Source: Dicyema japonicum
Lineage: Eukaryota; Animalia; Dicyemida
Direction: 5' to 3'
Assembly (NCBI GenBank): GCA_011109175.1
Contig: RDEW01000048.1
Coordinates: forward strand, 23,445 to 87,444
DNA length: 64,000 nt
Shown here: in pieces, positions 49,101-63,245 of the stretch
How the letters are laid out: each line of letters begins with the position of its first letter
Numbering within the stretch: position 1 is the first letter of the stretch
The notes under the pieces: model-generated
What the model saw: the letters and a program-made list of their open reading frames with translations, nothing else
The model's database searches: none
What the model was told of the DNA's origin: nothing
Program-made: the position numbers and the translations under genes

Positions 49101-52100
49101 TCCTCTCCATTTTGGGAATTTTGTTTATTCCTAGATTACAAAACACTCCTTACATTATGTATTGAATGACAATGGGTTTACTCTCATGTCCAACAAGCTT
49201 GTCTCTATATTTTCCATGAAAATCTGCCATATCCATAATATTAAATTTTCCAATGTTGATATCAATCAATTTATGAGAATTATCCTCCTCCACATGAACA
49301 TTTAATGAGTCATTATAATCTCTGTTAGCAAATAGTCTGGTTTGCAAAGTCCCAACACTAATTGACCGGAGGAAATTTCGAAGCTAGTTTTCTTGATTGA
49401 TTTGGAACCTTCTTTTTCAAAAGACGGAAATAAAATCACATAGAAAGATCCAAGTATCCAGGTTGAGTACAATTGAAAGATACTGTAGCCTTAAGTAAAC
49501 ATTGTTGAGATTCTATTGACGACTATGTCGCACATTATTATTTTATATACAATTATTACTAAATTACTTCAAATACTACAGAATGATTCTCATATTATGT
49601 CTCCTTGTTTTTTCTAACAAATAAATATAGAATACAACCATGGAGGATGTCATTAATACGCCACTCTGACTTGTTCAGCAATATTGACCAATCCGCAAAT
49701 GTATTCTTTAATCCATAAATATAGCTTGTAAGAGGAATACAATAGACCGTTAATATCATCAAAGGTTATTCTCACAATTTCACGATTCACTCGGTCCTCA
49801 TATAGTTTGAACTGAACTGAATCAGCCTCAAATGCGACAACAAAACTAGTCAAAGTCATAATATCGGGCATTCCCAATGTTTTTATAATAACTTTGTGGA
49901 ATTGTACTAAGCGTCGATTTAGTGAAACAAGAAGTGAGCATTTGTAGAGTATGTTTGTCAAAATTGAAAATTATTGGCTCAAATACGGTATATTAGTAAT
50001 ATCTTGTTGTGAAACGTGTTGACCATACAATTCATTCGTCAATATCCAATGAGTTTGTGTTGAGGAAAGAAATAAAACGCACATTTCAAACTTAACTTTA
50101 TCCAGAATCGAGGTTTTGTTGGGAAATGAATCGAAATAATTTTCTACAACATTTGATGAATTGGAAATAAAGTGACAGACACACAGATCAGTCACATAAA
50201 TATGAGATATTGGAGTGATCCGACTGTTTATAGTCAAATATTCCTTCACATTCAATAGATTCTTAGAAGGACCAAGTTCTCCGTGTAAGAATGACCCAGT
50301 TTTCAATACAATTCTTCCAAAATGAACAGAGAAGTAATCGGATTTATTGTTCAGAAGAATAGTAGGACTTTCTACTTCAAAATACAAATTGACATTATCC
50401 AACACATTATTTGATGATTTGTAGGACTGGTCAGTTTTGTACTTCAAAATATTATCAATAAATCTAATAATTAGTAGATATGAGAACTGTGACGAATGTA
50501 GATAGCGAAGTGAGGAAATCTTAATGTTAATATCCTGTACAGTCTTGCCACAACAGGTTCTGCTTGAGAATGAACATCTGATGGCCTTAGATGTCTTCTC
50601 ATTGCAACCAATTTCGGCAATAAGGACGTCTGATAACAGCTGAATGTGAGTAAGATAAGACTCCAGTTTGAAATTATCTCCATCTGAATATTACAATAAC
50701 ACAAACTAATTGAAATATCAGCATCAGCATTGTAAAGCCGGATAACATTAAAGGAGACGAATGTAAGTTGATGGAAAGAAGCGTTCAAACTTATTGGAGT
50801 TGCACAAGTTGTTTCATTATTCGGAACCGTCAGCTTAAATTTTGACAATTTACTTAAAAATTTTTCTATTCGTGTTACTATAAATATACCAATTACACAG
50901 AGTTCATTAAATCTACAACTAGCCACCACAACACCATCGACTAAGCACACGCTCACTCGAATTACAGGGTTTCCTACAATCATGCAAATACACAACCATT
51001 CCCCATTCCACCTCTTCCACTCAAATCATAATGAGATGACACCAGCCATTCCTCATTTTCCATAATATCCACATTTGACATTTTAAAATTTATTTTGTTC
51101 GTTTTTGTAGAGCAGATTAGTTGAGCCTGGATATCATTGAGAAGAAGTTTAAGAGAAGACCCGTCTACAATCTGCACATTCGCATTCACCTTGTTTATAT
51201 TAAACGTACAATTTATCAAATTCCCTCCAAATCTGAAATACAGGTAGTAATCATACTCTTTAACAAAAGTCGGTTCTGGCAAGTGAGTCTCAAAATTCAT
51301 ATTAAATTGCTTTATACAGGTTGTGATGATAGCCAACTGAAATATCAATGAAATAAAACTTTTTTGGTGTCAAAATGAAGCACAAGTTCGTCCAGATTAC
51401 CGTCAATAATCAGTTTAGGCCAGGATTCATCCACAATTGATATAATTCGCCTCACTAGTAATAATAACCAATCTACCGTTTTAGAATAAATGACAAATTG
51501 AATCTATCCAGCACGTGCAAGCTCTTGTTATTCCAGTCACTGTTTTCACTTCCTGCGAGTATTTGGAATCCAGTCAGGTCAACACAATATCTGGATAATT
51601 ATATTCACTACCCATCATATATTAAGTCTCTAAAGTCATTTCTAGACACACAAAAGTCTTCACATTCCCGGTATTCTGGAGGTGTGCTGAATTCGACATC
51701 TAATATTACAAACAGTACTAACTCTGCCCAAGATTACTGACTTGTAGTTGTCCAAGGACAATTAGCAAAACATTTCCATGGGAGTCATTAATAAATAATT
51801 GGGGAGCATTTATATTTAAGTCTATGTCCCACCGTTTGTTTTTAAGCTAATAATGATATAATGTAGTACTCTCTCATCACTCTCAACAAACTGGTGACAT
51901 AATTGCCATAAATTGTCCTTGACCGCTGATTGGAGTCTTTCAAAGTTATGAACGAAAATGTCTACTATATTATTTATTACATAACCATTCTTATCCTGGT
52001 CTGGTAGATCAAGCTTTATTAAATTTAATAACTTATATGACAGCCCTGGCACAAACTGGAACGGCATCACTTTGGCAGATAGTCTAAAATAAAATATAAA

Positions 52101-53711
52101 CTAAACCGATAGTCACATGGAGAGTTCTTCGGGAGGATTTCAAAAGAAAAGGATGCGAAATGATCATTCTCTCCCTAAATAATAAAAATATGCAAATACA
52201 AGTGAATAAATAATTCTATTTTGTTCGTTGTTAGTGAGGTCTAATGTACCCAAGGAACCAGACAATTTGAAAGCATCAATTTGTGGTTCGAGTTGTAAAA
52301 AGAATGAAATGTAATCCACATTAAAGCAAAATGATTCATGTATGGAATCAGAGACTGTGAGGCTAATCTTGTCAATTTTAAACAATCCCCTTAGAAATAC
52401 ATCATCCTTGTTGAGTACATCCACGTCGTTCTTTATAGTCGTCAAAAGTTCCATTAATTCATTTCCTTTATGTTAGAACTATGTATACCCAATGCATTCG
52501 CCTCATCCTCGTCTAACTGAGTTCTGCGTACTGATGTTTTGAATTTGTTGAAAAATGAACTCATCCAAGAATTATCTTCATTTTTTGATTTATTATATCT
52601 TTCATTTGCCAGATTCCGTAAACTTAGAATTTCTTTGTAAGAAAGGGTACTCTCTACTCGTTTTTTGACATTCTAACAGTTTTATAAGTATAGAACCTCA
52701 TATTCAAGAGGACAGCTCCCAGTTTCAAGCATGGTTTCCCACATCAATACATAATCGAACGAATCTTTCTTCTTATTTTTACTATTCCTTATTTCATCTA
52801 CTATGACTGCATAAACCGCTTTCCACCATGCACGTGGGCTAAAATTACCATTAAAATACTTTTCCTTCACTGAAATATCGGGTCGCCATTTGTGAAAAGC
52901 AATTTTTTGCGAGCAAATTTTGAATTGTCGAATTAAATCCACTATAAACACTATTTGCTGATGATTAATGGTAAGTTCGATTTCCTTCAGTTGGACATCA
53001 AGATTAAATCGAGGAGTGTCCTTTCCAAGGGGATGAGAACTCTGTTCATAATTGAGAGTGACCAGAGCATTGCATGGATGAATTACCGACTGATCATGAC
53101 AATGTACAGCAAAGTTTGTTATAGCAAGTTTGTGAGAATTCTGGAGTTAATAATTATTCAAACTAAGTTTATGCAGGAAATCGACTCGAACTGAGCAGTG
53201 AGTACTCCGTTGCAGGTTACACTAACATTGTGGAGTTGAATTTCAAATTTATTAAGAATGTTCGTTATAAGAGAACCAACCATGAATCTCCCTTGAGTAA
53301 ATATCTATCAGTTATTTAAATCACGAACTGAATGAGTTTGCTCAACCAAATCGACGTTTATGGCCATATCATCGTATTTCTCTCAAATAAATAACAATAT
53401 ACTATATTGTGGCTTAATTCGCATTCTACGATCACATTGCTTATGTTTAATACATAGTTGCCAGAAAATAGATTAGTTAGCGGTATTTCTATGTATATTC
53501 TCCCAATGGTCCCGCTAATAATATTCAGCGGTAATCTCAGTCTGCTCATTATGTTCTTCCGTAAATGAAGGTCAGTTAAAACGACTCGTCCTGTGATTAC
53601 AATTTTACTAGTACCTGACAGGATTCCAATTTTTAACTGTTCGGAGTTTAGATTATCCACATAATAGCACAGATAAGTATTCAAAAAATTCGTCAATACA
53701 GACGATATCAT
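43122..53711 (-). CDS. VPS13D: Vacuolar protein sorting 13D-like lipid transfer protein, many tiny introns
   Basis: Chorein-N (FLNTYLCYYVDNLNSEQLKIGILSG, PRAWWK); C-terminal DFLGSPLGLVNDL...GFIKSVTHGVSNSAAK and RRPRCCRGP...GQE as in VPS13D. Confidence 0.88.
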
Positions 53712-53859
53712 TATTGTTAGTATTCGCTACGTTATTCAATATAAAAATATGTATTTTATTTTTAAATAAAAAATAATTTATTTATGTAATTTTGAAAATA
53801 ACATATCACTCACAAATTTGATGTGGAAATACTCTTTAAAATAAAGTTCCAAAACTTTA

Positions 53860-54165
53860 CCGACAGACCATACACCGTCTGTGGAGTGTGTTTCTGCTGC
53901 ATGGAGATTCGCGTTATCAGAGTCAATGCTCCACCCAATCAATTTACTATATAGGTCGGATCCGGATTTCTTTGATTTTGTGAAGGCAAAAACCTTTTTC
54001 CCATATGTCTGTCCAGGAAAAAGAAAGCCGTCGACCCATAAGTTATTTTCTCAATCGATTTTTTGTGCAAGCACGAGGGCACTGGCTACAATGGAGGACC
54101 ACAGAAGTAAGATGATATTGCTAATTGTGGGAACTGGGATTACCTAACTGTCTGACTAATATTAT
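53860..54165 (+). mobile_element. 2A-LINE-family 3' fragment
   Basis: AWRFALSES...MEDHRSKMILLIVGTGIT*, homologous to the end of 3248-4183. Confidence 0.8.
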
Positions 54166-54599
54166 TAAAAATCATTTTCACAAAACCAAAGAATGTTATA
54201 TTAACTTAGGTCCCGTTTGTGCCACACGTTTCAAAATTTGTTTCACTAGGCGTCTTCATCGGCCTATGCTTTGCGGATTTGTTCGTATATCTTTTCTAGG
54301 TCTTCTGCAGAAGACTGTCTGATTATACTTTGTCTTTTCCTAGGTGATCTTGGAGCTCTAAATAAATAAGAAGTTATAAAAGATTTTTTCCGTTGTTAAA
54401 AAACTTACCTTTTCCGAAATATTTGCCCAACCTGCCACCTATAAATTATCGTCCCTTTTTCGCAATGCGGATAAATGAATTCAGTTACCTTCGACTCTCA
54501 AGTTACCGTAATTATTCTATCAACGGTAAAACCGCTGAATTTTGAAAATATATCAAGAGGCCAACCCTCTCACAAATTGCACCGATTCCGCTGATAGGA

Positions 54600-55135
54600 C
54601 TTTGTGGGTACGTGAAGTTTATTATTATTAGAACTTTCACGAGAATAATATTCATAGCCCGCCTCGCATGTGCAGCAAAAAATATAAGAAAAAGAGTTAG
54701 CTTGCTCCAGGCTTTTCTGTTCTTAGCCAGATCCCCCAGTGTGTCCAGGTCGTTACCAGATGCCAATGTTTTCTTTACGCCTTTAAGATTGTTTTGCAAA
54801 ACAACAGGGAGGGTCGTTCTTGGTCTTCCACGAAAGCGTTTTACATGGAAGGAGTAGTAATCTTCCATGACGATTTTAGGTAGGGATGTCGAGTCCAACC
54901 TCAGAGCGTGTCCAAAAAGTTTCCAACGAGAGCTTATGATCTCGAGACTTATTGGTGTACAGTCACACATATTGTACAGTCCATTCCGCGAGATCATGGA
55001 TGGCCAGGACATTCCAGTTATGTTTCTTGGATGATTCCTGTGAAACGAATCTAGCCTCTCCAATTCCTCTTTTGAGGTGGCCCAGGTCCCAGAGTTGTCT
55101 AGGAGGATTGGTTTGATAAAGGTGTCGTATAACAA
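54600..55135 (-). mobile_element. RTE-like LINE C-terminal fragment with (TAA)n tail
   Basis: IKPILLDNSGTW...RLDSFHR...SRWKLFGHALRL...FRGRPRTTLP. Confidence 0.8.
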
Positions 55136-55203
55136 TATCCTTTGTTTTATGTTACGTGAAGTTTAAAAATAAAAAAAAATTCAAAAATATTTATTAAAAA
55201 TTT

Positions 55204-58200
55204 TCAACCAGAAAAGGATTCTGCTGTTCTAAACGACATATAAATTGTACAAATTGCTGGTAGAACAGAAAGGGGGCAGCGTTTCTTCCATGTGGTTTTG
55301 AGATTATTTTCAGCTTCTGTTTGAATGCGTGTTTTGCTATTATTTTTATAGTAACTTAAATTTATTAATAAAGTAAAATTTTTACTAACAAAGAAAAAAA
55401 CAAAAATTTTATTAGATATGTGAATACACAAAATTATTTGTAAAAGTTAAATACATGATTCATCACAGTTAGTATCGAGAGTATGTTTAATTATTGATAA
55501 ATTTTTTGATTGCTATTATATTACCACAATATTTACGGCTTCGTACGAGTCATTTATCTCACTCAGTTGATTCTCCATTTTTTGATTCCAGTAGTTCTGC
55601 AAACGTAATCGTTCATTTCCAGCTATTTTCCGTTCTTCTATGAATTTTTTAACTAACGAATCTTTCATTTCCTTAATTATTCTGAAAATAACAGACATAT
55701 ATACCTGCTCCTTTCATATTTAGTCACATTCCTAACTTTAGAAGTATCCGCCATCTCCCTAGTTTGCCTTTGAATCAGCTCATTAGCAGAACTGTTAATT
55801 AAATATTATTTTCTATTACGTTTCTAGTCTATCATTAAGCGCTTTTCTAAAAATCTCGTGTGATTTTTTTGCCTTCTTTATCAGCTTATTGTTTAATTCT
55901 TTCAATATTTCTTGAGTCTTTTCTATTACCTTTGATTCCTGTTTCTCTATAAACTTGTTCCACTCAAGAATTTGTTGTTCGTTTAATTTTACCATTTCCG
56001 CACTATTTATATTAGAATCACCTATTATTTTACTTGAACAAGTACAGCGTTTAAAGTTTTTAATAAATAATCCACATTGATGTCGACTTTTTTTACTTCG
56101 TCGTTTGTAACAATGAGTTTTGAAAAGATCTAACTGGTTGAAATATTTATTTTCAAGCTGCACATAATCCTGGTCCATTTTAAGCTCATCAATTGTGGGA
56201 AGACTCAGCTTATAATCTATATAAGATAAAATAGCCAACCTTCATTTTCTATATTGTAGTCTTCCTCGATGTCGCTGTCCTCCACTCCCAGATCATTGAG
56301 CATCTTTTTGGCCTTTTCAGAATTAGACATAAATTTAGACGGATCAGATAAAGCGTCCACAATACCTAACACATGAACTAGAATTTCTTAACCTTCATGT
56401 TCATCAGGAATATAAGTAGACAATCCAAAATGACACAACACCATTGGCAAGTTTAGTGGAGTATTACCTTCGCTTCTCAAAGTAACATATCTGTATCCTA
56501 CACATTAATTTAACTCCCACCATTTTGAATGCACTCAAAAGGTAAATGTCTCTGTCCAATCAATTTTCCACTCGACCATCATAAACAGCTATTTTTAGCA
56601 TAGCCAATTCGGGTAATACAATCTACGATTATGCAATAACTACCTTACGAAATACGAACGCTTCGTCTTTGTATATTGGATTGATTCCATTATCGTTCAC
56701 AATCTTGGTTTTAAACTCTTTCCTTATAGTATCAGTGGCTAGTCCATACATTTCAACTTCCACATATGAACTTATCTTCTTTTCACTAAGGAATTGTGCT
56801 GATATAACCTTCACTCATGATTACTCAAATACCTTGACTGAGCATTGAGCAGCAATTATTCCATCAACGCTGGCTTCAGTGAATGGATCAAATACAAAGT
56901 CCTCATTTCTCATACACAGAGGTTTCAAAACATATCTGAATTAATATTAAGCACACACCCAGAATTTCCGTAATATTCAAATCTTCCTTGATTTAGCTGC
57001 ATAGACACACCGACAGTTTGAAAATTTAGGGCTACCATTTGACATCCGGTATTCCAGAATAACTACGATCAATGTTAGAAACTACTTGTGGAAAGTAGTT
57101 GGAAGAATCAAAACGTGCTCCTTTTGGATATATTCTAGAGAATTGTCTCTTGTTATAACTAATTTATCATAAAAATTTCAAAACTGGACAAATTGAATCG
57201 AACTATTCTTCAATAGACCATTTCCTGTATTTTCTGCAAAAGAAGAAACATGAAAATGATAATTTTTATCTAAAATTCTATCATTCCGTTACTAAACCAC
57301 GTGCAGATTCAAATCCACCGAATTTAACAGACTGTATGTAATTAATGACTGCTGATAGCTCAGGATGTACAGCGTTGGTAGCATGTTGTCGTTTATATGT
57401 TTTAATAACTTCCGTGACGTCATCCAACTGGGAATTATTATTTGAAATTACTTTATTGTCAACATTGACTGAAATCACAGCTTCATTATTCCCCTTCGCT
57501 ACTTCCTTATCATCCGAGAGTTTTTTATTTTTGATAATAATCTTTCTTTTCAGATGATTTGGCGAAGGACTCTCCACCCCCGCGACCAAGGGATAATCGG
57601 GCAAAGATTCCTTCAAGAGTAAATCTCCAAAAATCTCTATACAATAATCCACCATTTTCTTTTGAAGTTTATAACTAAAAGTTTTCATTTTTGGCAAACC
57701 TGCAGTGATTTTCAAACGACAAAATAACCGGGAGATCAGATGTTATGAATGCAGTCTCTGATATAGCCTTGATTACATCCTAATATTGAAAATATCGCAT
57801 AACTTTAAAATGGACAATAGTACAAGCTGCCATTCCGTGAGTAATGATGGGTTCTCCATCAACCCCGTCCCAACAGTCCAACTCGATACATCTGCATCCA
57901 GACAAAAGTATTGTTCGGTATATTTCTACTGAGGATTTCCCTCCAAACTGTCGACCCAGCAAGTACGTATTATGAGACGAATTTATAAAATAGTGACTCA
58001 TTGGCTGAGTCAGATCCTTTGGTTCCAAGTGATTAATCATTGGCACAGCCATATTTTCTTCTGACATTATATAATTATGAAAAGCATTAAGACTCAAACA
58101 TTCTAAATATTTCTATAGTTTTTACTGTTTTTAATATTTTTTGGGTTACACTCATATTTTTCGATTATTTGAAGGCATTCTTTACTTGTTAACAATGGAA

Positions 58201-59144
58201 ACAAAATAGTATTTAGTCTGTCGTCTCTTTGAGTCTAAAATAAAATCTTTGCAAATACCTCATTCATAAATCGTTTAAAAGCCTCCAAAGTCATCACTTC
58301 TGAATCATTTGAGCTACAAATGTGATTTCATGGTTACAATTGTTTAAATATTTCTTCAATGTCGGGTCTCTCCACAAATTTGTCTATCAATTCCATGAAA
58401 AGCACTTCATCGAAAACTCTGATAAATTCATCTCCCTTTATTTACAAGCAGCATTTACTTTAGGCGTTAGGATATTTTCTTCAATTAGCATTTTTGTCAT
58501 TTTCTTTTCGCTTATTTTTCCGTGAAAAAAACGAAGCAGTCTAACATTAAGCATAAATCAACCTTCTCAATTTAGTCCCCCCACTTTTATTAGTTATCGA
58601 ACTGAGCATCAAAAACCTGACTTATTATATTATAAATGACTGTTTTTTAATTATTTCGTGAGGAGATAGATTGGATAGCCTCAAATCGAATACGACACCA
58701 TATAAAGTGTTGACCCATTTCTGTCAATAAATAAGAATGCATACATCAATAGTTGTTTGACAATGATGACCAAAATTAATTAAACTTAAATTGACGAAAT
58801 CAGTTCCACAGCAGAATTGAATGATTGCTATGTCGTCATTTGATTTCTATAGCTCTAATTATTACAATTACGGTGGTAATGGGGACTATCCTTATATCTC
58901 TGACACGACAGCAGTCTAAAACCTTACTTTCCTACAGATATCATTTCATTGATACAAAAGAAGATGACCATATGAGAAATAACCCCGAACTATGAAGCCT
59001 TAGTTTCACAGCATCACTTGCATTTGACAAGTCCTAATAATAAGGAAAGACTATAACCTCATCATAAGCGTGAAAAGTATCCCCTGTTATTAGAAACTCC
59101 AATTTTTTGTTTTTCTGTATGTTCTCATAACTGTAACTGGTCAT
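55204..59144 (-). CDS. Phospholipase C beta (PLCB4/NorpA-like); 3' end approximate
   Basis: PH region ([14 protein letters not shown]), X box [26 protein letters not shown]...[12 protein letters not shown] box, C2 ([11 protein letters not shown]), C-terminal coiled coil. Confidence 0.9.
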
Positions 59145-60044
59145 GTTGAAAATTTTAGTACGAATTCAACCACAACCAGAATATTTCAGAACTATCGGCA
59201 TAATAAATAATTATATACCGTATCGCAAACTAATTTACATTAATCAATAATCGTTAGTTTTGTTTCTATAGAATAACCAAATAATACATTCAGTTGGGAA
59301 TAGAATATTAATTTTTGTGGTTATTGAGTCTTTTTGTATGAACAAATTAATTGCTCAATAAAAAACATCGAAATACAACATTCTAGAAACAACAGCTAGT
59401 TGCTCGTCCCATAGCGACTGTTTAATAACTATTTGGTAGTTAGTGAGGGAAAGAGGTTGGTCTGTTTCCTATATAGGCAGTTTTTTTCCACGAGCAGGTG
59501 ACCCACATTAAACCAGAACATTCCTCGCTAAAATTGATAATTTTCTTAAAATTTCGGGTCTATACCCATAGTTTCCTTTCATTTCTAACTAACTTCTAGT
59601 AAAAACTTCAACATCAATCAAATTTGAGTAAATGGCATACTTTTTTAAGGAAACTTTTCCTGAAAATATTACAAATATTTCATAATCGATTTCAAAGTAA
59701 ATAGTAGTTCCGACTAACTATAACTCATTGGCACTGAGAGTTCACCTCATAATCGAGATTCATATGTTCTGAAAGAGCCATCCTGCTTCTCCAGGCTCTC
59801 CCTTCCGCAATTCTGCGATACAAATATTATTGTGCTGGGTAGAGCACTTTAGACATCTCTAAATCTCTAAGAGAATCTGTTAGCGCCTAATAATTTTTCC
59901 TTGTGCTTTTTTAGCTGCATTTGTGTTCTATCTTACTTAACTTTAAATACGTCATTTTATTGAATTTAATAATTTAAATTCATTTTAAGGGAATACTATT
60001 ATTAAAGATTTCTCATATTTATTATTCAAAAATTTTTGTTTCTA

Positions 60045-60300
60045 GTTATCTGGCCTGTTAGTTAATTGGTCGAAGGGTTGAGGTGGTAACGCACCTTTAC
60101 TGTAATAAATATCTTTTATCATCTGGACGGAATCAGCTACTTTCTTTCTCGTGAACAAAAACGAAGTGATGGATTCAAAAGAGATTGGAAATTCAAAGTT
60201 CTCAACAAAGGAAGTGACGGATACTCATCGATCCATGTTCTAATCTTGTCCAGCCAAAATTAAAGAAGATAGAGGATCATCTGTCAGAATTTGCATGATA
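60045..60300 (+). mobile_element. SINE-B copy
   Basis: TAATTGGTCGAA...TCTCGTGA...AAGGAAGTGAC...AGGATCATCTGTCAGAA. Confidence 0.6.
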
Positions 60301-60624
60301 ATAATATATCTCTCCCGTATAGATTAAATCATCGGACTATGTACTGACGACTATTAACATGTGAAATAATAGTACCCATTATAAAGAAGAAATGTGACAC
60401 AGATATAAATTTATTTAAGTAATTTCAGTTTACTAGTAAAAACAATTTGGCTTGTATCATTTGTCGATTTTATCGTTTATTTTGGACTACAGAAGCTGAG
60501 AAGGTTATGCGTGGTAACCACTTATGTGAACCACAAATAACCGTAAATCATGAATATTAAGTTGATGGTAATAATTTCATAATGAAAGGTATCTGGGAAA
60601 TTTTTCTTTTAACATCATAACTGC

Positions 60625-60815
60625 AGCAGAGCCATATTAGCGATAGCTCCACTCAGGCAGAACACAAACTTCATTTAAGTAAAGAACAGTTATTATAACT
60701 ATTCGTAGAGAGAACCAAGGAATTCTCTTCACTTCTTGATCTTTTTGTTGGATTTATGTCCTTTATAGACGATTCAACTCCGTAGTGAAGTGTTCACTGA
60801 TGACGGCGTATCATC
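60625..60815 (-). mobile_element. SINE-A copy (left arm of inverted pair)
   Basis: GAGCCATATTAGC...TAAGTAAAGAACAGTTA...CACTGATGACGGCG. Confidence 0.75.
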
Positions 60816-60829
60816 AGAACAAGCCTCCA

Positions 60830-61075
60830 AAATCTAATTCCCAGGTTCGAATCTCGCTGCTGCATTTCTGGCTGAAGGCTTCACACAGATCTATCATGCT
60901 CTGGGTATGACGAGTGACGCCGTCATCAGTGAATACTTCACTGCGGAACCTGATCGTCTTAATAGGACTTATTCCTTTCTCCCTTTCAACGAGTAGTTAA
61001 TATAACTGTTCTTTACTCAAATAAAGTGTGTGTCCTGCTAAATATTAAGGATCTAGTGAAAAGGCTGTTATTATT
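60830..61075 (+). mobile_element. SINE-A copy with B box and (TTA)n tail (right arm)
   Basis: GGTTCGAATCT at 60844-60854; ends GTGAAAAGGCTGTTATTATTA. Confidence 0.8.
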
Positions 61076-61162
61076 ATCAGAACAAGAAACTACCCCAATT
61101 TAAATTTCAACTATATTCTACTATTAAATCAATTAAATAACATATTGTTGAAAATTCAATAA

Positions 61163-62474
61163 TCAAATTCTGCTCTTAAGAGTATTTATATCATTAAGCA
61201 ATTGAGTATTGTTTCTATCAATTGCTAACGCATTTTCCAAATTTAAAATTGCTATTAATAGATATTACATCATCACCTTTCTGTTTATCATTCAAATATA
61301 AATAGGCAGTCCCCAGTCTCACATAAGCCTTTATGCGACTGCTTTTATTCTCATCAACTGGGGGAGTAAGCAATTCTATAGCCTAATGAATCGTTGTAGT
61401 TAATATACTTTATTACAATCGTCGATACACTCATTATACATTTTCTTTTTCAAATAACATGCAGCTCTGTTTGAATACAACGAGGGCATTCCAGGACTGA
61501 GACCAATAGTATGAGAGTATGCATTAATGGCGGAGTCGAAGTCTGCATTTTTAAAGAAATTGCTATATGATGATTATTTAGGCTCACTTTGCCTTTTCTT
61601 TCATAGTAGCTGGATTTATTTCTTCAGCGTCTAAATCTTTCTCTTTAGATGTAATTCTCAAGTTTTGCTCTCGTTTTTTAAGCCACTACTCATTATTGCA
61701 ACAAAATACTTCTTCCTCATCCGCAGCTGTGGATTCTCTTGATGGAGTTGGGAAATAACGGGGGGTAAAAGACATGGTAATTTTACCGAAATTACGTATC
61801 GGACAATTTTCTTTATTTGGCACAGTTTTGTTATTTCGGCAATTGTTGTTATTGACTATTTTCTCCTTATCTTCTTTAAATAATGATTTGGTGGAAGAAT
61901 TATTCTCACTTCTCATTTGATCCAATTTATTTGCGACATTTTTTCTCTCCGTCTCTTTGCATGCCTCAATTTTATTAATGTTATCAGAATCCAACTAATA
62001 AAATAAACCATTAAACTTACAGCCATAGCAGCTTTAATTGACATTTGCTTCATATCGTATGATCGTTTATCGTTTTTTTCTTTTTCCTCGTTTAGCTTTT
62101 GTGAGTAATATTCTAGCTGTTCTTTTTTCCTGGTCAAAAATAACTGTTTATCGTCTAAAATTAGCTTGAATGTGACCCTGCTCCTGAGATTGTAAAAAAG
62201 GCCAAGATTCTTTAATAGTTTTTCTAAGACTGAACACAATTTGTCCTCCTTTAATGACGACTTTACTTTCTTTGTCGTTAATTTCTTCATAGAGGAGGCA
62301 TTCATACAAGTATGGAGGATAATTTGCCTATTTGGATAACAATATTTATACTTTTATGTATTTTTTAGTATATAAAATATCGACAGATGACGGAGATACT
62401 CCTTTTAGAGGTAATTTAATACTTAAATCACACTCCGATTGTCCCCAGTCGATATCTTTCAATATTATTGGCAT
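61163..62474 (-). CDS. DNAAF4: Dynein axonemal assembly factor 4 (CS domain and TPRs)
   Basis: MPIILKDIDWGQ...KLPLKGV...NYPPYLYECLLY (CS); GKITMSFTPRYFPTPSRES...EEE; TPR end LENALAIDRNN. Confidence 0.9.
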
Positions 62475-63039
62475 TTGTTACTAAGGTAACAATAATTGTA
62501 AAAAAATAAACTGATCATTTTATTATAATTATGAGAAATCGAGTCATTTTTTATTTAATTAGCTCTGAAAGATTTTATTGGTTCGATCAGAATCACGTGT
62601 TTTGAAAATAAGGCATTAATTGCCTCAAATTTCATTTATGAACCCCAAGCTTACAATCTTTGGTATGCCCAGCACAAACAGTCACAACTAATCAAAAAGG
62701 AAGGAACCCAAGGAAGAATTTCTGCTTGTGACGACCAAATCCATCCTCTGGTAGTCCATTATAGGCTTTCGTTTAAGAAGAAAGGTGGAGAACTAGCTTA
62801 GCCCTCTTCTATTTTTATCACACGTCCTACCGTCGCAGATAACTTCATTCCTTAGCGAGAGAATTTTCATAATGTTGATTTTGGTCAAGAAGGTAGGAAG
62901 GTCCTTTCGACTACTGTGTCATTCCAGAAAAACTCATCGCCTCACGGGCAAGATCTGTTTGACGAGAATTTACCTACGCTGAAATACTATCTTTGAACCA
63001 ACGACTGTCAGATCAGACGTTACGTTTCGGGCAAAAGGC

Positions 63040-63245
63040 TTAATGGTCCCTATTCGAATCCCGATACTGTACAGTTGGGTCAAAGGTTCCACGCAACTCG
63101 ATGCTTTGGCTCGACGAGTAACTGAGTCATCATTGAATATTTCACTGCATTCCTTGGTTCTCCTCTATGATTAGTTATATTAACTGTTCTTTACTTAAAT
63201 AAAGTGTGTCCAGCCTGAGCGGAGCTATAGCTAATATGGCTCTGC
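63040..63245 (+). mobile_element. SINE-A copy
   Basis: ATTCGAATCCC B-box-like; TTAACTGTTCTTTACTTAAATAAAGTGTG...ATATGGCTC. Confidence 0.7.
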
